A stretch of 64,000 nt of DNA from Nitrospirota bacterium (GTDB lineage: Bacteria; Nitrospirota; UBA9217). Location of the stretch: positions 1,216,001-1,280,000 of the forward strand of contig CAWJQQ010000009.1 in the NCBI GenBank assembly GCA_963845065.1, given 5' to 3'. The stretch's first letter is position 1. The number at the start of each line of letters is the position of its first letter. Below, in pieces: positions 20,212 to 32,142 of this stretch. The notes under the pieces were generated by a model. That model was not told the origin of the DNA. It was given only the letters and a program-made list of their open reading frames with translations, and ran no database searches. The position numbers and the translations under genes are program-made.

Positions 20212-22647
20212 TCATGAAAACTTTCTTAGTCGTAATGAATTCGAAACAACGCTGACCGAACTGAAGGCCATTGCTGCCGAGGCGAGCATAGGATTCAGCA
20301 GTATCTTAAAGAATGGGTAAAGCACGCCTGCGGCAACAGGGATCCCGAAAACATTGTAAAAGAACGCCCAGAATAAATTCAATTTAATCGTTTGCATGGT
20401 CTGGCGCGAAAGCCTTATAGCATCGGCAACGACGCGGAGGTCATCTTTGATAAGCGTGACATCCGATGCTTCGATGGCCACATCCGTCCCCGTTCCGATA
20501 GCGATGCCTACATCTGCTTGAGTGAGGGCAGGGGCGTCGTTGATGCCGTCGCCGACCATGGCAACCACTCTCCCCTCGATCTGGAGTTTCTTTATAGTAT
20601 CCATCTTGTCCTGCGGTAGGACTTCAGACATAACGCGGGCGATGCCCAGCTCATCGGCAATGGCCTGCGCCGTTCTTCGATTATCTCCTGTCAGCATGAT
20701 GATATCTAGACCAAGGTCTTTAAGTTTCGAAATTGCTTCTTTCGAGTGTTCCTTGACGGTATCGGCAACGGCTATAATTCCCGCTGCCTGTTTTTGTACA
20801 GCAACGAACAAGGGCGTTTTGCCGTGTAAAGAAAGCTTCTCAGCCTCAGCGAGCATTGTGCCGAATTCGATCTTATTTTCGGCCATCAGGCGTTGATTAC
20901 CAAGAAGAACTTCTCGACCTTTGACCGTCGTTTGAACCCCATGGCCGGGCAGCGCTGTAAAATCATCAACCGGTTCAAGGCTTATGCCCCGTTCCAGCGC
21001 GGCTCGGACTATCGCTTCTCCGAGTGGATGCTCTGATCCCTTTTCTGATGATCCGGCGTAGAAAAGTATATCCATTTCGCTCATGCCGTTGGGGATAACA
21101 TCAGTCACTCGTGGTTCGCCACGCGTGAGTGTACCGGTCTTGTCGAGTATGATGGTATCGATCTTTTGTGCCCGCTCTAGGCTCTCAGCGTTTTTAAAAA
21201 GAATTCCATGCTCTGCGCCTTTTCCCGTGCCTACCATGATTGCCGTAGGGGTCGCTAGACCCATGGCACAGGGACAGGCAATGATCAGCACGGCTATGAA
21301 ATTGAGCATTGCAAAGGTAAATTTATGATCAGTAGGCCCAAACAAATACCAGATCAGGAAAGTAAGCAAGCCAATGCCAATAACAGTCGGGACGAAGATA
21401 CCCGAGATGTAATCGGCAAGACGTTGGATCGGAGCTTTAGAGCCCTGGGCTTCCTGGACCATGCGAATGATTTGGGAAAGCATGGTATCTTTGCCGACCT
21501 TGGTGGCCTTAAAGGTAAACGCCCCTGTTTTGTTAATCGTCGCACCGACGATCGAATCGCCGGTCTTTTTATCAACAGGGAGGCTTTCTCCAGTCAGCAT
21601 GGATTCGTCGATCGTTGAAGATCCGTTTATGATAACCCCATCCACGGGGATCTTTTCTCCTGGTCGAACTACGATGAGATCCCCGGATTCCACCTCTTCT
21701 ATGGGGATATCGAACTCCTTGCCCTCTCGGACCACTTTTGCCGTACGCGGCTGCAGCCCCATTAAATTTTTGATGGCTTCACCGGCCCGGGTCTTGGCGC
21801 GCGCTTCTAGGTATTTCCCGAATAGGATGAGCGTAATGATCATCGAGGCCGTGTCGTAATACGCACCACCATGACTGTAAAAGTGTCCAAGCATTACCGG
21901 GAAGAACGTGAGAACGACACTATAGCCATAAGCTGCGCTGGTCCCCACGACTACGAGGGTGTTCATGTTCGTGCTGCCGTGCTTGATTGATGCCCAGGCG
22001 TTTTGGTAAAAGTGGCGACCTGCCCAGAACTGGACCGGAGTCGCTAGAAGGAACAATATAAACCACATGGTCTGGTGCGGAATGACGGCTGGCATGGGAA
22101 TCATGTCCTGGAAACTCCCGACCATGACCATGAATGATAGAACTGCACTTACAATGAGTTTGGTGCGGAGTTCGGAGAGTTCTCTCTCCCGGGTCTCTTT
22201 TTCTATATCGAGAGCGGAGCGGCCTTCCAGCTGCAGCGGAAGACGAAAACCAGCTTTTTCGATGATTCTGCTGAGGTCGCGCAGAACAATCTGGCTGGGA
22301 AGGTATTCAAGCTCAATTGTTCCGGCAGCCGCATTGATTCTGTTCCTGATGACCCCGTCTATTGCAGACAGGACTCGTTCAAGCTCATGTACTCGGGAAA
22401 CATCGAGGTCTATGATCGGGATCGTTGCTTTGTCTGTGACTGCCTTGTATCCGAGCTCGTTGATGCTCTCAATGAACTTGCCGAGCCCGACAGCAGCTGG
22501 GTCGAACTCAACGACAGCTTTTTCGTTAGCGTAGTTGACGTTCGCGCTCTTTACGCCGACAAGCTTGGAAATGTCCTTTTGGATCGCTGTGGCGCAGTTT
22601 ACGCACGTCATGCCTTTTACAGGTATAACGGTTTTTTTAGTGTACAT
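20212..22647 (-). CDS. copA: Cu(I)-translocating P1B-type ATPase
   Basis: HMA domain GMTCVNC, TGES, CPC, DKTGT, GDGIND, YN and MAFSS. Confidence 0.95.
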   Translation of the reverse strand: MYTKKTVIPVKGMTCVNCATAIQKDISKLVGVKSANVNYANEKAVVEFDPAAVGLGKFIESINELGYKAVTDKATIPIIDLDVSRVHELERVLSAIDGVIRNRINAAAGTIELEYLPSQIVLRDLSRIIEKAGFRLPLQLEGRSALDIEKETRERELSELRTKLIVSAVLSFMVMVGSFQDMIPMPAVIPHQTMWFILFLLATPVQFWAGRHFYQNAWASIKHGSTNMNTLVVVGTSAAYGYSVVLTFFPVMLGHFYSHGGAYYDTASMIITLILFGKYLEARAKTRAGEAIKNLMGLQPRTAKVVREGKEFDIPIEEVESGDLIVVRPGEKIPVDGVIINGSSTIDESMLTGESLPVDKKTGDSIVGATINKTGAFTFKATKVGKDTMLSQIIRMVQEAQGSKAPIQRLADYISGIFVPTVIGIGLLTFLIWYLFGPTDHKFTFAMLNFIAVLIIACPCAMGLATPTAIMVGTGKGAEHGILFKNAESLERAQKIDTIILDKTGTLTRGEPRVTDVIPNGMSEMDILFYAGSSEKGSEHPLGEAIVRAALERGISLEPVDDFTALPGHGVQTTVKGREVLLGNQRLMAENKIEFGTMLAEAEKLSLHGKTPLFVAVQKQAAGIIAVADTVKEHSKEAISKLKDLGLDIIMLTGDNRRTAQAIADELGIARVMSEVLPQDKMDTIKKLQIEGRVVAMVGDGINDAPALTQADVGIAIGTGTDVAIEASDVTLIKDDLRVVADAIRLSRQTMQTIKLNLFWAFFYNVFGIPVAAGVLYPFFKILLNPMLASAAMAFSSVSVVSNSLRLRKFS

Positions 22648-22866
22648 AATTTATTTTACCACAAAGCTATTGCAGGGCAAAGGGGGAAGAGGCACACCAT
22701 GAGTAATATAACGGTTTTTGAGTGACTCAAACAAAACCGAATCGAAAATGCTGCAATTACAGTTCAATCTTGTTGATCTATATATTAAATATTAAGTTTT
22801 TTAAAAAATGTTAATTTGAGTACTACTTACTATAGTGCGTGAAGATACCCAGACTGCGACCTCCTA

Positions 22867-23793
22867 TCAAAGATCCCGTACCTTGACTGCAGCAATCAGT
22901 TTCAGAAAGTCGTCCTTGCAGCATAGCGCCGTTCCCGGCATTAAAGTTGTGGCGGTACCTGCAGCAACCGCATAAGCAAGGGCCTCTTTTAGGCCTTTGC
23001 CTTCAACTATTCCATATACAAAGCCGGCAACTGCTGAATCACCGGCGCCGATCGTATTTTTCACTTCTACCTCGGGATGAGACGCATGGTACGATTCCTT
23101 TTCTCCGATCAACAAGAGCCCCCTTGCCCCCAAGGAAACGATAACATTCCTGATACCATTATTTTGTATGCTTCTGGCTGCACTGATAACGTCATCTAAA
23201 TCTTTCAGCTCAACTCCTACCAGACGACTTAGTTCATGAATGTTGGGTTTGATCAGATCGGGCAAGCCACGTGTGCCTTCAACTAGAGCTTCCCCGTCTG
23301 CATCGAGAACGACTTTTGCGTTTCGGTTTTTTGCTATTTCGATGAGTTTACGGTAAATTTTGGGATGGACACCGGGAGGAATACTCCCGCTAATGATGAC
23401 CATTTCCGGATGATCAAGCCCTTCAACCTTGTGAATTAAACGCATCAGCTCATAGGGTTCTATAACAGGTCCACTTGCGCCGAACACCGACTGAACTCCG
23501 GTGCGCATGTCGTTCATAATTATGTTGGTGCGGGTTTCACCCGAGATCCGGATGAAATCGCAACTTATACCCTCGTTCAGCAAACGGCCTTCCAGCTCTT
23601 CGCCAGTGAACCCACCAACAAATCCGAGTGCAGTGCTACTGACGCCAAGCATAGTCAGAACCCTCGATACATCGATCCCTTTGCCTCCGGCAAATCGCTC
23701 TTCTTTTTTGATCCTGTTGGAATCATCGGGTTTTATCTCTTCGACCCAGACCGTACGGTCCAATGCTGGATTCAGTGTTATCGTATAGATCAA
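22867..23793 (-). CDS. 1-phosphofructokinase-family hexose kinase
   Basis: TITLNPALD, GGKGIDVS, TRTN, KPNIHEL, GAGDS. Confidence 0.92.
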   Translation of the reverse strand: MIYTITLNPALDRTVWVEEIKPDDSNRIKKEERFAGGKGIDVSRVLTMLGVSSTALGFVGGFTGEELEGRLLNEGISCDFIRISGETRTNIIMNDMRTGVQSVFGASGPVIEPYELMRLIHKVEGLDHPEMVIISGSIPPGVHPKIYRKLIEIAKNRNAKVVLDADGEALVEGTRGLPDLIKPNIHELSRLVGVELKDLDDVISAARSIQNNGIRNVIVSLGARGLLLIGEKESYHASHPEVEVKNTIGAGDSAVAGFVYGIVEGKGLKEALAYAVAAGTATTLMPGTALCCKDDFLKLIAAVKVRDL

Positions 23794-24351
23794 GGTTCCC
23801 TCCGATACATTTACGCGGCAGGAGGGCTTTTTTTAGCGCTGATGCTGCGTGTAAAAAAATACTTCGTCAGATAACTCTTGTTGGAAACCTTAGCACTAAC
23901 CCCGATGGCACGGGATGCTATTCGATCACGTGACATTAACGGCAACAGTCATCAACGCAGCAGTTCTTGTCATGGAACAACTATTCCTTAAGATATTCCA
24001 CATTATCGTCGTGATTTCAGGTTCGTTATGGATTTGAGCGTCAGTTCTTATCTCTCTTGCGGCTTCACCGAATGGCATATCATCGGAGATATAACACAAA
24101 CCGAGCCCATCATTTCTGCATCCCTACATCTTAAAATGACAGTTGGCATAATTGCTCTCACTTTTTCGATTGACTAAAAATAATTGTATCAACAGGTTCG
24201 GTTACGCGTCAAGGAACAAGTCAAGGAAAACAATGAATAATCACTACATCCTCAGTAGTATAAAAAAAGAGCGAAAAAACAGAAGCAAAGCAGAGAATAA
24301 ACTATTGCTGGCCATTAATCACAGGGTCCCACTATACCTGTCAGAAGTTTT

Positions 24352-25656
24352 TTATTTTCTTTTGGTGTCCATCAATGCCTGCACGGGTTTGAGACTATAT
24401 GGGCTGCTATATTCGATCGCAGTAAGCACCGTACCTCCACCGGTAAAGAAGTAATAGCTTGCATCGTCCATTACCGAAAGGTAAAGACCCGGAAGAAGGT
24501 TCTTGAATTCTTGAAGCGTGTCACCGCCGCCGTACATTTTCATTGCGTGCCGGTTAAGGTCGATAGTGTTGTCAAGTGCCTGGGAACCGGCCGTAAAGTG
24601 CGGGGTGAAACCCATGACGGCATTGACGAAGATGGTCTTTGCCGTAGCGATGGCCTCGGCAACGGTCTTTTCCTCGAAGGACCGGGGATCAATGTCCGTG
24701 ATAAACGAGTAGGACCCGCCTGGCTGAAAGTTTTTAATGGAGATGGTCCGGTATTTCCCTTCGATTTTGTCTTCTAAAATATCTGATTCAACAATTAGCG
24801 GGAGCTCGACAATCTTTTTTGCTTTGCGATCCTTTTCTACCAGCTCTTTAGCGAGTCCGCGGTCCTCGTCGCTCACACCTTTTATCTGCACGCCATACTT
24901 CGCACAAAGGTAGGTATTGTAAATGACGCCGCCGAGAACCAGTCTGTCCACCTTGTCGTAGAGGGCATTGAGCGGCTTGATTTTGGTATCGTACTTCGCG
25001 CCGGCGACAACGGCCAGAAAGGGCCGCTCCGGGTTCATCACGCCCTCGAGGTTCCTGATCTCCTGCTGGAGAAGGAAACCGGCAAAGGAAGGAAGGTGCC
25101 TCGTGATATTGTACGTAGAGGCGTGAGGCTGCCATGAACCGAATGCATCATTCACATAGATGTCGGCCAAGCCTGCGAGCTGAAGTGCGAAGCGCTCGCG
25201 GACCTCCCCCTCAGCCTCTTCGCCTTGGAACCAACGCGTGTTTGGAAGGTAAATACCGCCAATCTTCCGCTCACGCAGATCTCGGATCGCAAGGTTAATA
25301 GAAGTGTCGATGTCGACGATTCCGCGAACGGGATCCTGGGGAAATTGTGGGATGTACAGTTTTGTATGGAGCTTCTGTTCAAGATAGTGCGCCACTGGCT
25401 CAACGGATTCTTCAGGCCTGCACGTAATCGTTGCGGTTTTTTTGTCTTTCGGCCTGCCTACGTGGGTCATCAAGACAGGCCTTCCACCCCGCTCTACGAT
25501 ATGGAAGAGTGTTCCGATAGTCCGGTCGATGCGATAGGGATCCCGTATGGCGCCGTCCTTCACTACATTATGATCGAAACGGACAAGGACTATTTTCCCC
25601 TGCAGGTCCGCTTCCTGGATCAAAGGCAGATCGTGATGCAATGGTTTCGTCATCAT
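24352..25656 (-). CDS. pgk: Phosphoglycerate kinase (divergent)
   Basis: RFDHNV, HVGRPK, NDAFGS..HAS, GGGDT, TGGG. Confidence 0.85.
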   Translation of the reverse strand: MMTKPLHHDLPLIQEADLQGKIVLVRFDHNVVKDGAIRDPYRIDRTIGTLFHIVERGGRPVLMTHVGRPKDKKTATITCRPEESVEPVAHYLEQKLHTKLYIPQFPQDPVRGIVDIDTSINLAIRDLRERKIGGIYLPNTRWFQGEEAEGEVRERFALQLAGLADIYVNDAFGSWQPHASTYNITRHLPSFAGFLLQQEIRNLEGVMNPERPFLAVVAGAKYDTKIKPLNALYDKVDRLVLGGVIYNTYLCAKYGVQIKGVSDEDRGLAKELVEKDRKAKKIVELPLIVESDILEDKIEGKYRTISIKNFQPGGSYSFITDIDPRSFEEKTVAEAIATAKTIFVNAVMGFTPHFTAGSQALDNTIDLNRHAMKMYGGGDTLQEFKNLLPGLYLSVMDDASYYFFTGGGTVLTAIEYSSPYSLKPVQALMDTKRK

Positions 25657-25991
25657 GATGAATGATTCCTCTTGTATCGGGAAGCTTGAGTGATTATTAT
25701 GGCGTCACTTTAATTATAGCAGCCTCAACGAAGTTGAAGTCGTAAATTCCTATCAAAAGTTATCATTGAAATAGGAGATGTGCGTCTTTTTTCTATGCGG
25801 CAGCCATGGTAAGTGGTGACTATTTAATCAGGTGGTTGATATTTATCGATCGTCCGGAGAGCCTGTTAGGCGCCCATCTGCTCCGGATGTTAATTGTGTG
25901 GTCAAGACTATTGCGTGTGTTAATTATTAACCAACAGAATCGCCGTACGCAACCGTTATACGGGCGAGACCGTCTTGTGCGCACGCAGCCG

Positions 25992-26381
25992 TTAAAAAAA
26001 GAGCATGCCGTCGTATTCCAGCGCGTATGTAATCAGGTGTATCCCGCCGAGAATTTGGGTGCCTTCGATTAGATCTTCTTTCGAAAGGTTCCTGTTTTTT
26101 GCAACCTGTTCACAGAGCTGGAACTTGACCCCCACGGCGAGAGCGTCTAAGACCCGCTGTTCAAATGTCGGAACTCCGGGGGCCACGACACCTTCTTCCT
26201 TGATCTTCCCTTTAATGACCGCATCAGCCCCATCCTGGACGCAATAGACAACTGCATCACAACCGGAACACTGGGCAATTGTTGCGAACATGATCGCAGA
26301 TTTGATCTTTCCAACGTCATTTGCTCCGGTTGATAATTGGACGGCGAATTTTTTACGTTGTTTTCGGGCCACTTCTTCCAT
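25992..26381 (-). CDS. DsrE-family protein
   Basis: FATIA....DAVVY..QDG....GVKFQLC pattern. AGGAG RBS. Confidence 0.75.
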   Translation of the reverse strand: MEEVARKQRKKFAVQLSTGANDVGKIKSAIMFATIAQCSGCDAVVYCVQDGADAVIKGKIKEEGVVAPGVPTFEQRVLDALAVGVKFQLCEQVAKNRNLSKEDLIEGTQILGGIHLITYALEYDGMLFF

Positions 26382-27195
26382 TGTTTTCTCCCTATATCGT
26401 AAGGAATCGTCTTATGTGCGGATGACAGACGCGAGCCTTGCACATCGTGCATGAGTTTCTCTATCTGTCGTAAAATTGAGCCAAAGGCACATTCTCTATG
26501 ACCTATTCAACGCGACTCCACATAATTCTGCCAATTTATTTCTTGCCTTCGTTTTTCAAAACCACATATCCCTTCAGACCTTTGCTTCTCGGTTCATACG
26601 GATAACTTTTGGCGTATCGATGATGAATGGGGGTACATCGCAGAGACGCCTCCTATGCATCGAGCGCAATATACGTAAGATAAGTGGAGCCCCTGTGACG
26701 GACCTTTCTGATACGCTAGCTCTCAACAATTCACGCCAACTACGATTGAGCTCTTAGCGTCATGGTTAATGTTTGCGAGGAAAAAAGGAGGTACCAGATT
26801 AACGCTAAAGCGTGAAAATGCAATCTGTCGATTGAGGCTGTAACAAAGTTTGAGCGTGCATGACGGGCAGCGACCACGATGCTCTGTGGATCAGTTTAAT
26901 TCAATTTAATGATGTTGCCATGGATGCCGCCAGTAGGGTTCACATCCTGAGGAAAATCATGAGTGTGATTTCAGCGATAGCGTCCTCTAACCGTATCCCT
27001 TTCATCATAGTTTCACCTTTTTACTCATTTCAATGGTTGTTTCGCTATATCGCAGGACATAAGATCCACTGTTGAGGTCCTTAGACCACTGCCTACACGT
27101 TAGAAAATAACACTCTGTTTAGAATGGAGAAAAGTCCTAAGCAGGGCTGATTTTTGCTCGTATGCAGCATCGCTCGGTTTTTCATGCTATGTTCG

Positions 27196-27612
27196 TCAAA
27201 TGGTAAATTCTATTTCAGAGAAAAAATACTTTATTTCAAAAGCTGCGGTCTCGGCTGCATCGGAACCGTGAACGCTGTTCTTTTCGAGATCGACGGCAAA
27301 TTCCTTGCGGATCGTGCCTCGATCTGCGTTTGCAGGGTTCGTGGCCCCCATGAGCCTTCGCCAAGCAGCAATGGCGTCTTTCTTCTCAAGCACCATGGTA
27401 ACACAGGGCGCCGAAGACATATAGGATGTCAAACTTTCAAAGAACGGTTTGCCCTTGTGGACTACATAGAAACCCTCGGCTTCCTTTTTGGTGAGCCAAA
27501 GTTTCTTCATCGCGACGATCGTGAACCCGTTCTCCTCAATCTTGGACAATATCTTCCCTGAAATATTTCTGCTGACTGCGTCTGGCTTGATGATGGCAAA
27601 AGTCTTCTCCAA
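27196..27612 (-). CDS. ndk: Nucleoside diphosphate kinase
   Basis: [21 protein letters not shown]. Confidence 0.97.
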   Translation of the reverse strand: MEKTFAIIKPDAVSRNISGKILSKIEENGFTIVAMKKLWLTKKEAEGFYVVHKGKPFFESLTSYMSSAPCVTMVLEKKDAIAAWRRLMGATNPANADRGTIRKEFAVDLEKNSVHGSDAAETAAFEIKYFFSEIEFTI

Positions 27613-27702
27613 CGGTTCCTCCTCGAAGTAAAATTGTATTTTAAAAAGTATATTACCACGAATGAAATCGGATAGAAACGGAAATTTATGATTTATGAAA
27701 CT

Positions 27703-27743
27703 ATGACAGAATACCCCGCATCTTCGCCTGGGATGAATGTCAT
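27703..27743 (+). mobile_element. Degenerate IS200/IS605 left-end-like hairpin
   Basis: gaataccccgc...gggatgaatg resembles the left end at 35327-35366 (aaagcccctgg...ggggatgaatg on the - strand). Confidence 0.35.
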
Positions 27744-28075
27744 CCTTGCCCGGGGAGTTATAAGCGGTCTGGCGTTTCCCTTTTACAGCGAGACGCGAAA
27801 CAATTTACTGAACGTTTGTTGTTAAAGAAATCAGGAAATTACGGATATATAGTGACGCAGAAAGATTAAGCCGCATGCGGCATTTATTCAAGGAAGGTAA
27901 AAGGATTAAGAACATTGATGAAAGAAATTCTCTATGATGATATTAATAATCTGTGGATAAATTCTGCTGTATATATCAGTCGCGACGATTTATCTTCGGT
28001 ATTACTCAAATAAACGGTAGTGCTCTTGGATGTACGTTCACACTCTTTCGAAACATACGATGGGCATGGATGTGG

Positions 28076-29803
28076 CTACATATCCGCAAGTTCTTTGATA
28101 TGGGGGCCAAGCACCATGTCCTTGTACCCTTTACCCTGGGGGATCACCGGATAAACAGCTTCCTCTCGGTCAGTAACGACCTCGAGGAAGCAGGGACCCT
28201 GTGCCGCAAGAAACTCTTTAAGTGCGGGTTCCAGCTCTTCCCGTGAGCGGATCTTGCGGCACCATGTGAAGCCGCATTCCTTAGCTATATTGGAAAAGTT
28301 CGCGTCAAAGTTGCGTTCTGAGCCAGTGAACTGCCGGTTGTAAAAAACCGCCTGGATGGACCTTACCATTCCGTCTGCATGGTTGTTCAGCATGATCACT
28401 TTAATGGGCAGGCACAACGAACCGATCGTATGAATCTCCCCCATGTTCATTTTGATACTGCTGTCGCCATCAATGGCAATTACCTGAGCATGGGGATTGG
28501 CATAATGCACGCCTATTGAACTGGGCAATGAAAAGCCCATGGTGCCGAATGCCCCTGACGTTATGAATGACTTTGGCTGCGCCGTTTTAAGGTATTGGGC
28601 GGCAAGCATTTGGTGATTGCCCACTCCCGTGGTGATTTTGGTATCTTCGGTAATATGTCGTGACAGGAGATCCATGACCTCGGCCGCCTGTATCTCTTTT
28701 GCAGTGCGGTCGAAGTTGAGCGGATAATGCAGTTTGAGCCAAGCGGCCCGTTTCTGCCACTCGTCGATGCTGAGCGCTATATAGTTTTCCTTCGCATAGT
28801 CCACAAGGTCATCAAGAACAATGCTTGCGTCACCGATAAAGGAGAACTTGGGATATCTAGTGACCCTGACCTCTTGAACTTTTGCAGCATTTATATCGAT
28901 ATATGCAATCTCGGCGTTCAGCCCCGATTCTCCCACTTTCTGGACAACTCGGTCGTTCCACCGGACGCCGAAGGCAACGAACAGGTCCGTCTCCTGGATG
29001 GCCATGTTTGCATAGGGTGTGCCGAACATCCCAAGCATTCCCAGGGATGTGTCTAGAGACTCATCGAGGATGCCCTTGCCCATAAGGCTGTTGATCACTG
29101 GGATATTGAACATTCGGTTGAATTCACGAATTCTGTCGCTGGCAGCGAGGGAGTTTAGACCTCCACCGATGTATAGCAGGGGGCGCTTCGATTTCTGCAG
29201 AAGGTCGAAGAATTGTTTACACTGGTTCCGGCCGAGGTGGGTCTCCTGGTCGTACTTATGCTTGTAGCGTTCGACGGCAGTCCCTTTGTAGACTCCCATT
29301 TTTCTCTGAGCGTCGAGGGGAAAGTCGATGACCACAGGCCCGGGCTTGCCGGACTTGGCATAAAAGTAAGCGTCTTTGACCATCTCCTCGATATCGGTGT
29401 TATCTGTAACGAGAATTACTTTTTTCGCCGCTTTGTCAAAAACTTCCTTGACATTGATGTGTTGAAACTCATCGGTATCGAGCCGGCTCTGCTGTACCTG
29501 TCCCGCAAAAACGAGCAATGGCACCGAGTCGGCAAAGGAATCTGCCACAGCTGTAAGAGTGTTCGTAATGGCCGGGCCCGACGTGACAACAGCAATACCC
29601 AGGGCGCTGCTCGATCGCGAGTAACCTGCAGCGCTAAAGGCGCAAGACTGTTCGTTCGCGTTAATATTAATTGAAATGGAGCTTTGGCCGAGTGCGTGAA
29701 AGACAGGGAGGATCGTCGCTCCCGTATAGCCGAAGATCTGGGAAACTCCCAAGTCTTCAAGGCTCTTCACCATTATTTCAGCTCCTTTTATTTCCTGTGG
29801 CAT
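28076..29803 (-). CDS. ilvB: Acetolactate synthase large subunit-like ThDP enzyme
   Basis: TSGP, SGKPGPV, GMLGMFG, GTMGF and the GDSS...NN ThDP motif. No small subunit adjacent. Confidence 0.85.
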   Translation of the reverse strand: MPQEIKGAEIMVKSLEDLGVSQIFGYTGATILPVFHALGQSSISININANEQSCAFSAAGYSRSSSALGIAVVTSGPAITNTLTAVADSFADSVPLLVFAGQVQQSRLDTDEFQHINVKEVFDKAAKKVILVTDNTDIEEMVKDAYFYAKSGKPGPVVIDFPLDAQRKMGVYKGTAVERYKHKYDQETHLGRNQCKQFFDLLQKSKRPLLYIGGGLNSLAASDRIREFNRMFNIPVINSLMGKGILDESLDTSLGMLGMFGTPYANMAIQETDLFVAFGVRWNDRVVQKVGESGLNAEIAYIDINAAKVQEVRVTRYPKFSFIGDASIVLDDLVDYAKENYIALSIDEWQKRAAWLKLHYPLNFDRTAKEIQAAEVMDLLSRHITEDTKITTGVGNHQMLAAQYLKTAQPKSFITSGAFGTMGFSLPSSIGVHYANPHAQVIAIDGDSSIKMNMGEIHTIGSLCLPIKVIMLNNHADGMVRSIQAVFYNRQFTGSERNFDANFSNIAKECGFTWCRKIRSREELEPALKEFLAAQGPCFLEVVTDREEAVYPVIPQGKGYKDMVLGPHIKELADM

Positions 29804-29931
29804 ACTGTCCTCCGGCAGGTCTCAAAAGAATTCTAATACGGGTTCAACCGCTTTACTTGATGATCCCAATGCTAAACTAAAGCATGTGGGGTTTCTCGTG
29901 CGGGGCTCATAAAACTAAAGATGGAGCAATT

Positions 29932-32142
29932 TCACGTGCGATAAGGTAATACAAAGATCTCTTTGTCCTTTACGACTAAAAGAAGATGGTTTTTTCTAGC
30001 AAAATCAATAAGGACCCTGTTCCATGAAGCTTTTGTCGCAATGGTTGTTTTTTGGTCCACAATGGAATCAACCCTGATTGCATAGCCGTCTTGAGAAGCT
30101 GTTTTAGATATCCGACTCAGTATATCTGCAATCTTATCCTTTTTTGCGATGATGGCGATTTTTTTACCTGGTAAGGTGACAAACGAAACAGGAAGAGAGC
30201 TGGTACTGGGGTCGGCCCCGCGCCCGAGCAGTAATTTTGCAATATCTACATCCCCTGTACTAGTTGCTTCAGTTAAAGCGGTAGAGCCATTGCTGTTTTT
30301 CGTATTGATGTCTACACCTTTCCCCAGAAGCACTTTGACGATGTCTATGTTGCCTTTCCGGGCTGCACACATAAGAGAAGTATTTCCGTCGGGTAACGCC
30401 ATGCTGATATTTGCACCTTTTTCAATAAGAAGTGTGACCAACCAAGGATATCCATTGCACGCAGCAATCAGCAGAGGGAAATTTCCATTCTGGTCAGTAG
30501 CATTTACATCAGCGCCGTGCTCTATAAGCTCTTTAGCTGCTCCTGTGTGTCCATGATCTGTCGCGAAAAAAAGGGGGAACCGTCCTGCAGAATTTCGACC
30601 TTTTACATCAGCCCCCTTTTGTATAAGGTATTGTAGTATTCTCAAATGTTTTTCATTGAAGTCCGGGATATCTACTGCCGCTTGGAGTGCCGAGGCGGCG
30701 CCATCAGTGGACTTAATAGTATAATTAACATCTGCACCGCTTTCAACGAGCATTCTTGCAGCCTGCTCATGGCCACTTCGTATTGCCATCATCAATGCTG
30801 TATTCCCGCTTTTATCGCATTGATTCAATGAGGAACCCCGTAGTTTGACAAGTTCCTCGATAATGTTTACAAGTCCTTTTTCGGACGCAATAATAAGGGC
30901 GGTTTGCCCCTTATCATTAGCAGAGTTCTGATTGATTCCCGCCTTGATGAATAAATCAACAGCTTCCTCATTATTTTTCGACACTTCAGCAAGAAAAGCT
31001 TGTTCGGTAAACGGGATACCTCTGTGCTCTAACTTCTTGGTAAGATACAATTTCAAAAGAGGATCTCTATAGATGAATGCAATGCCGGAGAAGATCAAAA
31101 TGACGAGAGCTACTATGGCAAATGTGACTAGTGTTCGATTGCCCATGACTTCAAATGCAGTCGTTTTTACATCATTATTTTCGAGTGCTAACGTATTATA
31201 AGTTTCTTCATCCATAGAAGGAAGGTTACCTTCATGCGCTGAAGCAACATCGACAGTCTGGGTTGCGGCCTTTTCTTCGTCTGGAATGGGCTGATCTATT
31301 TTCTCGTCCAAAATTGGCTCTCCTGCTTTTCTTTTCGACCGAAGTGTATGGATATCCAGCTCCGGTAATGGTCCAAAATGGTCAAGATATTTACGTATGG
31401 ATGTTTCTAAGTAATAATAGGCAAGATCCATCAACAGCCCGATGGCGATGCCGATCAAAGCAGATAGTATGACAACATCGAGTAAATAACCCAAGAGAAG
31501 TCCGCTCCCGCCGAGTGCAAGGGGAGGCAGCCATAAGAGCTTGGAATATATTGTCAACTTTTCATACAATTTTTGTCGTTTATAGGGTTTCCCTTGCGAC
31601 GAGTTCAGAAAATTATCCCATTCTTGAGCGTCAATGCTAAGTTTGTGCTGGTATTTTTTTATGACTCGGGCAATTTCACGATGTCCTTTTTCTTCAGCGA
31701 GATTTAGGGCAGTCTTCCCTGACTTGTTTTTTGCTTCAACGTCGATCCCTGATTGCATCAGGAGGTCGACGATGGCTGTCTCTTCTTGATCGAACACCGC
31801 TTTATGCAATGCCGTCCAGCCGTCATCAGATTTTTCATTTATGTTCGTGCCTGCTTGCAAGATCGTCTCTGCAATCTCTGTGTAACCTTTTGACGAGGCA
31901 ATCATCAACGGCGTAACTCCTTCGCGGATCAGATTTACATTAAGACCCTCATCAATTAGTTTTTTTACCGCTTCGAGATTCCTATTCTGGATGGCTTCCA
32001 GAAGGAGCGGCCATTTCTTTGCCGTCGGCGAGGAATAGTCAACATGGACTTTTGCCTTAGGTTTCGGCCGGGCTTTTTTATCCTCCTTTTTAATCTTTTT
32101 CTGATATCCTTTTGCTCGGCTGGGTACTTTATTTTCATCCAT
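29932..32142 (-). CDS. Membrane protein with two ankyrin-repeat arrays
   Basis: Ankyrin repeats (GxTPLM/GxTAL) on both sides of three hydrophobic segments. AAGGAG RBS before the ATG at 32142. Confidence 0.85.
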   Translation of the reverse strand: MDENKVPSRAKGYQKKIKKEDKKARPKPKAKVHVDYSSPTAKKWPLLLEAIQNRNLEAVKKLIDEGLNVNLIREGVTPLMIASSKGYTEIAETILQAGTNINEKSDDGWTALHKAVFDQEETAIVDLLMQSGIDVEAKNKSGKTALNLAEEKGHREIARVIKKYQHKLSIDAQEWDNFLNSSQGKPYKRQKLYEKLTIYSKLLWLPPLALGGSGLLLGYLLDVVILSALIGIAIGLLMDLAYYYLETSIRKYLDHFGPLPELDIHTLRSKRKAGEPILDEKIDQPIPDEEKAATQTVDVASAHEGNLPSMDEETYNTLALENNDVKTTAFEVMGNRTLVTFAIVALVILIFSGIAFIYRDPLLKLYLTKKLEHRGIPFTEQAFLAEVSKNNEEAVDLFIKAGINQNSANDKGQTALIIASEKGLVNIIEELVKLRGSSLNQCDKSGNTALMMAIRSGHEQAARMLVESGADVNYTIKSTDGAASALQAAVDIPDFNEKHLRILQYLIQKGADVKGRNSAGRFPLFFATDHGHTGAAKELIEHGADVNATDQNGNFPLLIAACNGYPWLVTLLIEKGANISMALPDGNTSLMCAARKGNIDIVKVLLGKGVDINTKNSNGSTALTEATSTGDVDIAKLLLGRGADPSTSSLPVSFVTLPGKKIAIIAKKDKIADILSRISKTASQDGYAIRVDSIVDQKTTIATKASWNRVLIDFARKNHLLLVVKDKEIFVLPYRT

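Noticed and set aside
23920..24150. Possible relic of a small metal-binding protein (MPTVILRCRD...) on the - strand
   Set aside because: Too degenerate to assign without a search.
25836..25849. FNR/Crp-like box TTGAT-N4-ATCGA
   Set aside because: A single imperfect match with no supporting promoter context.
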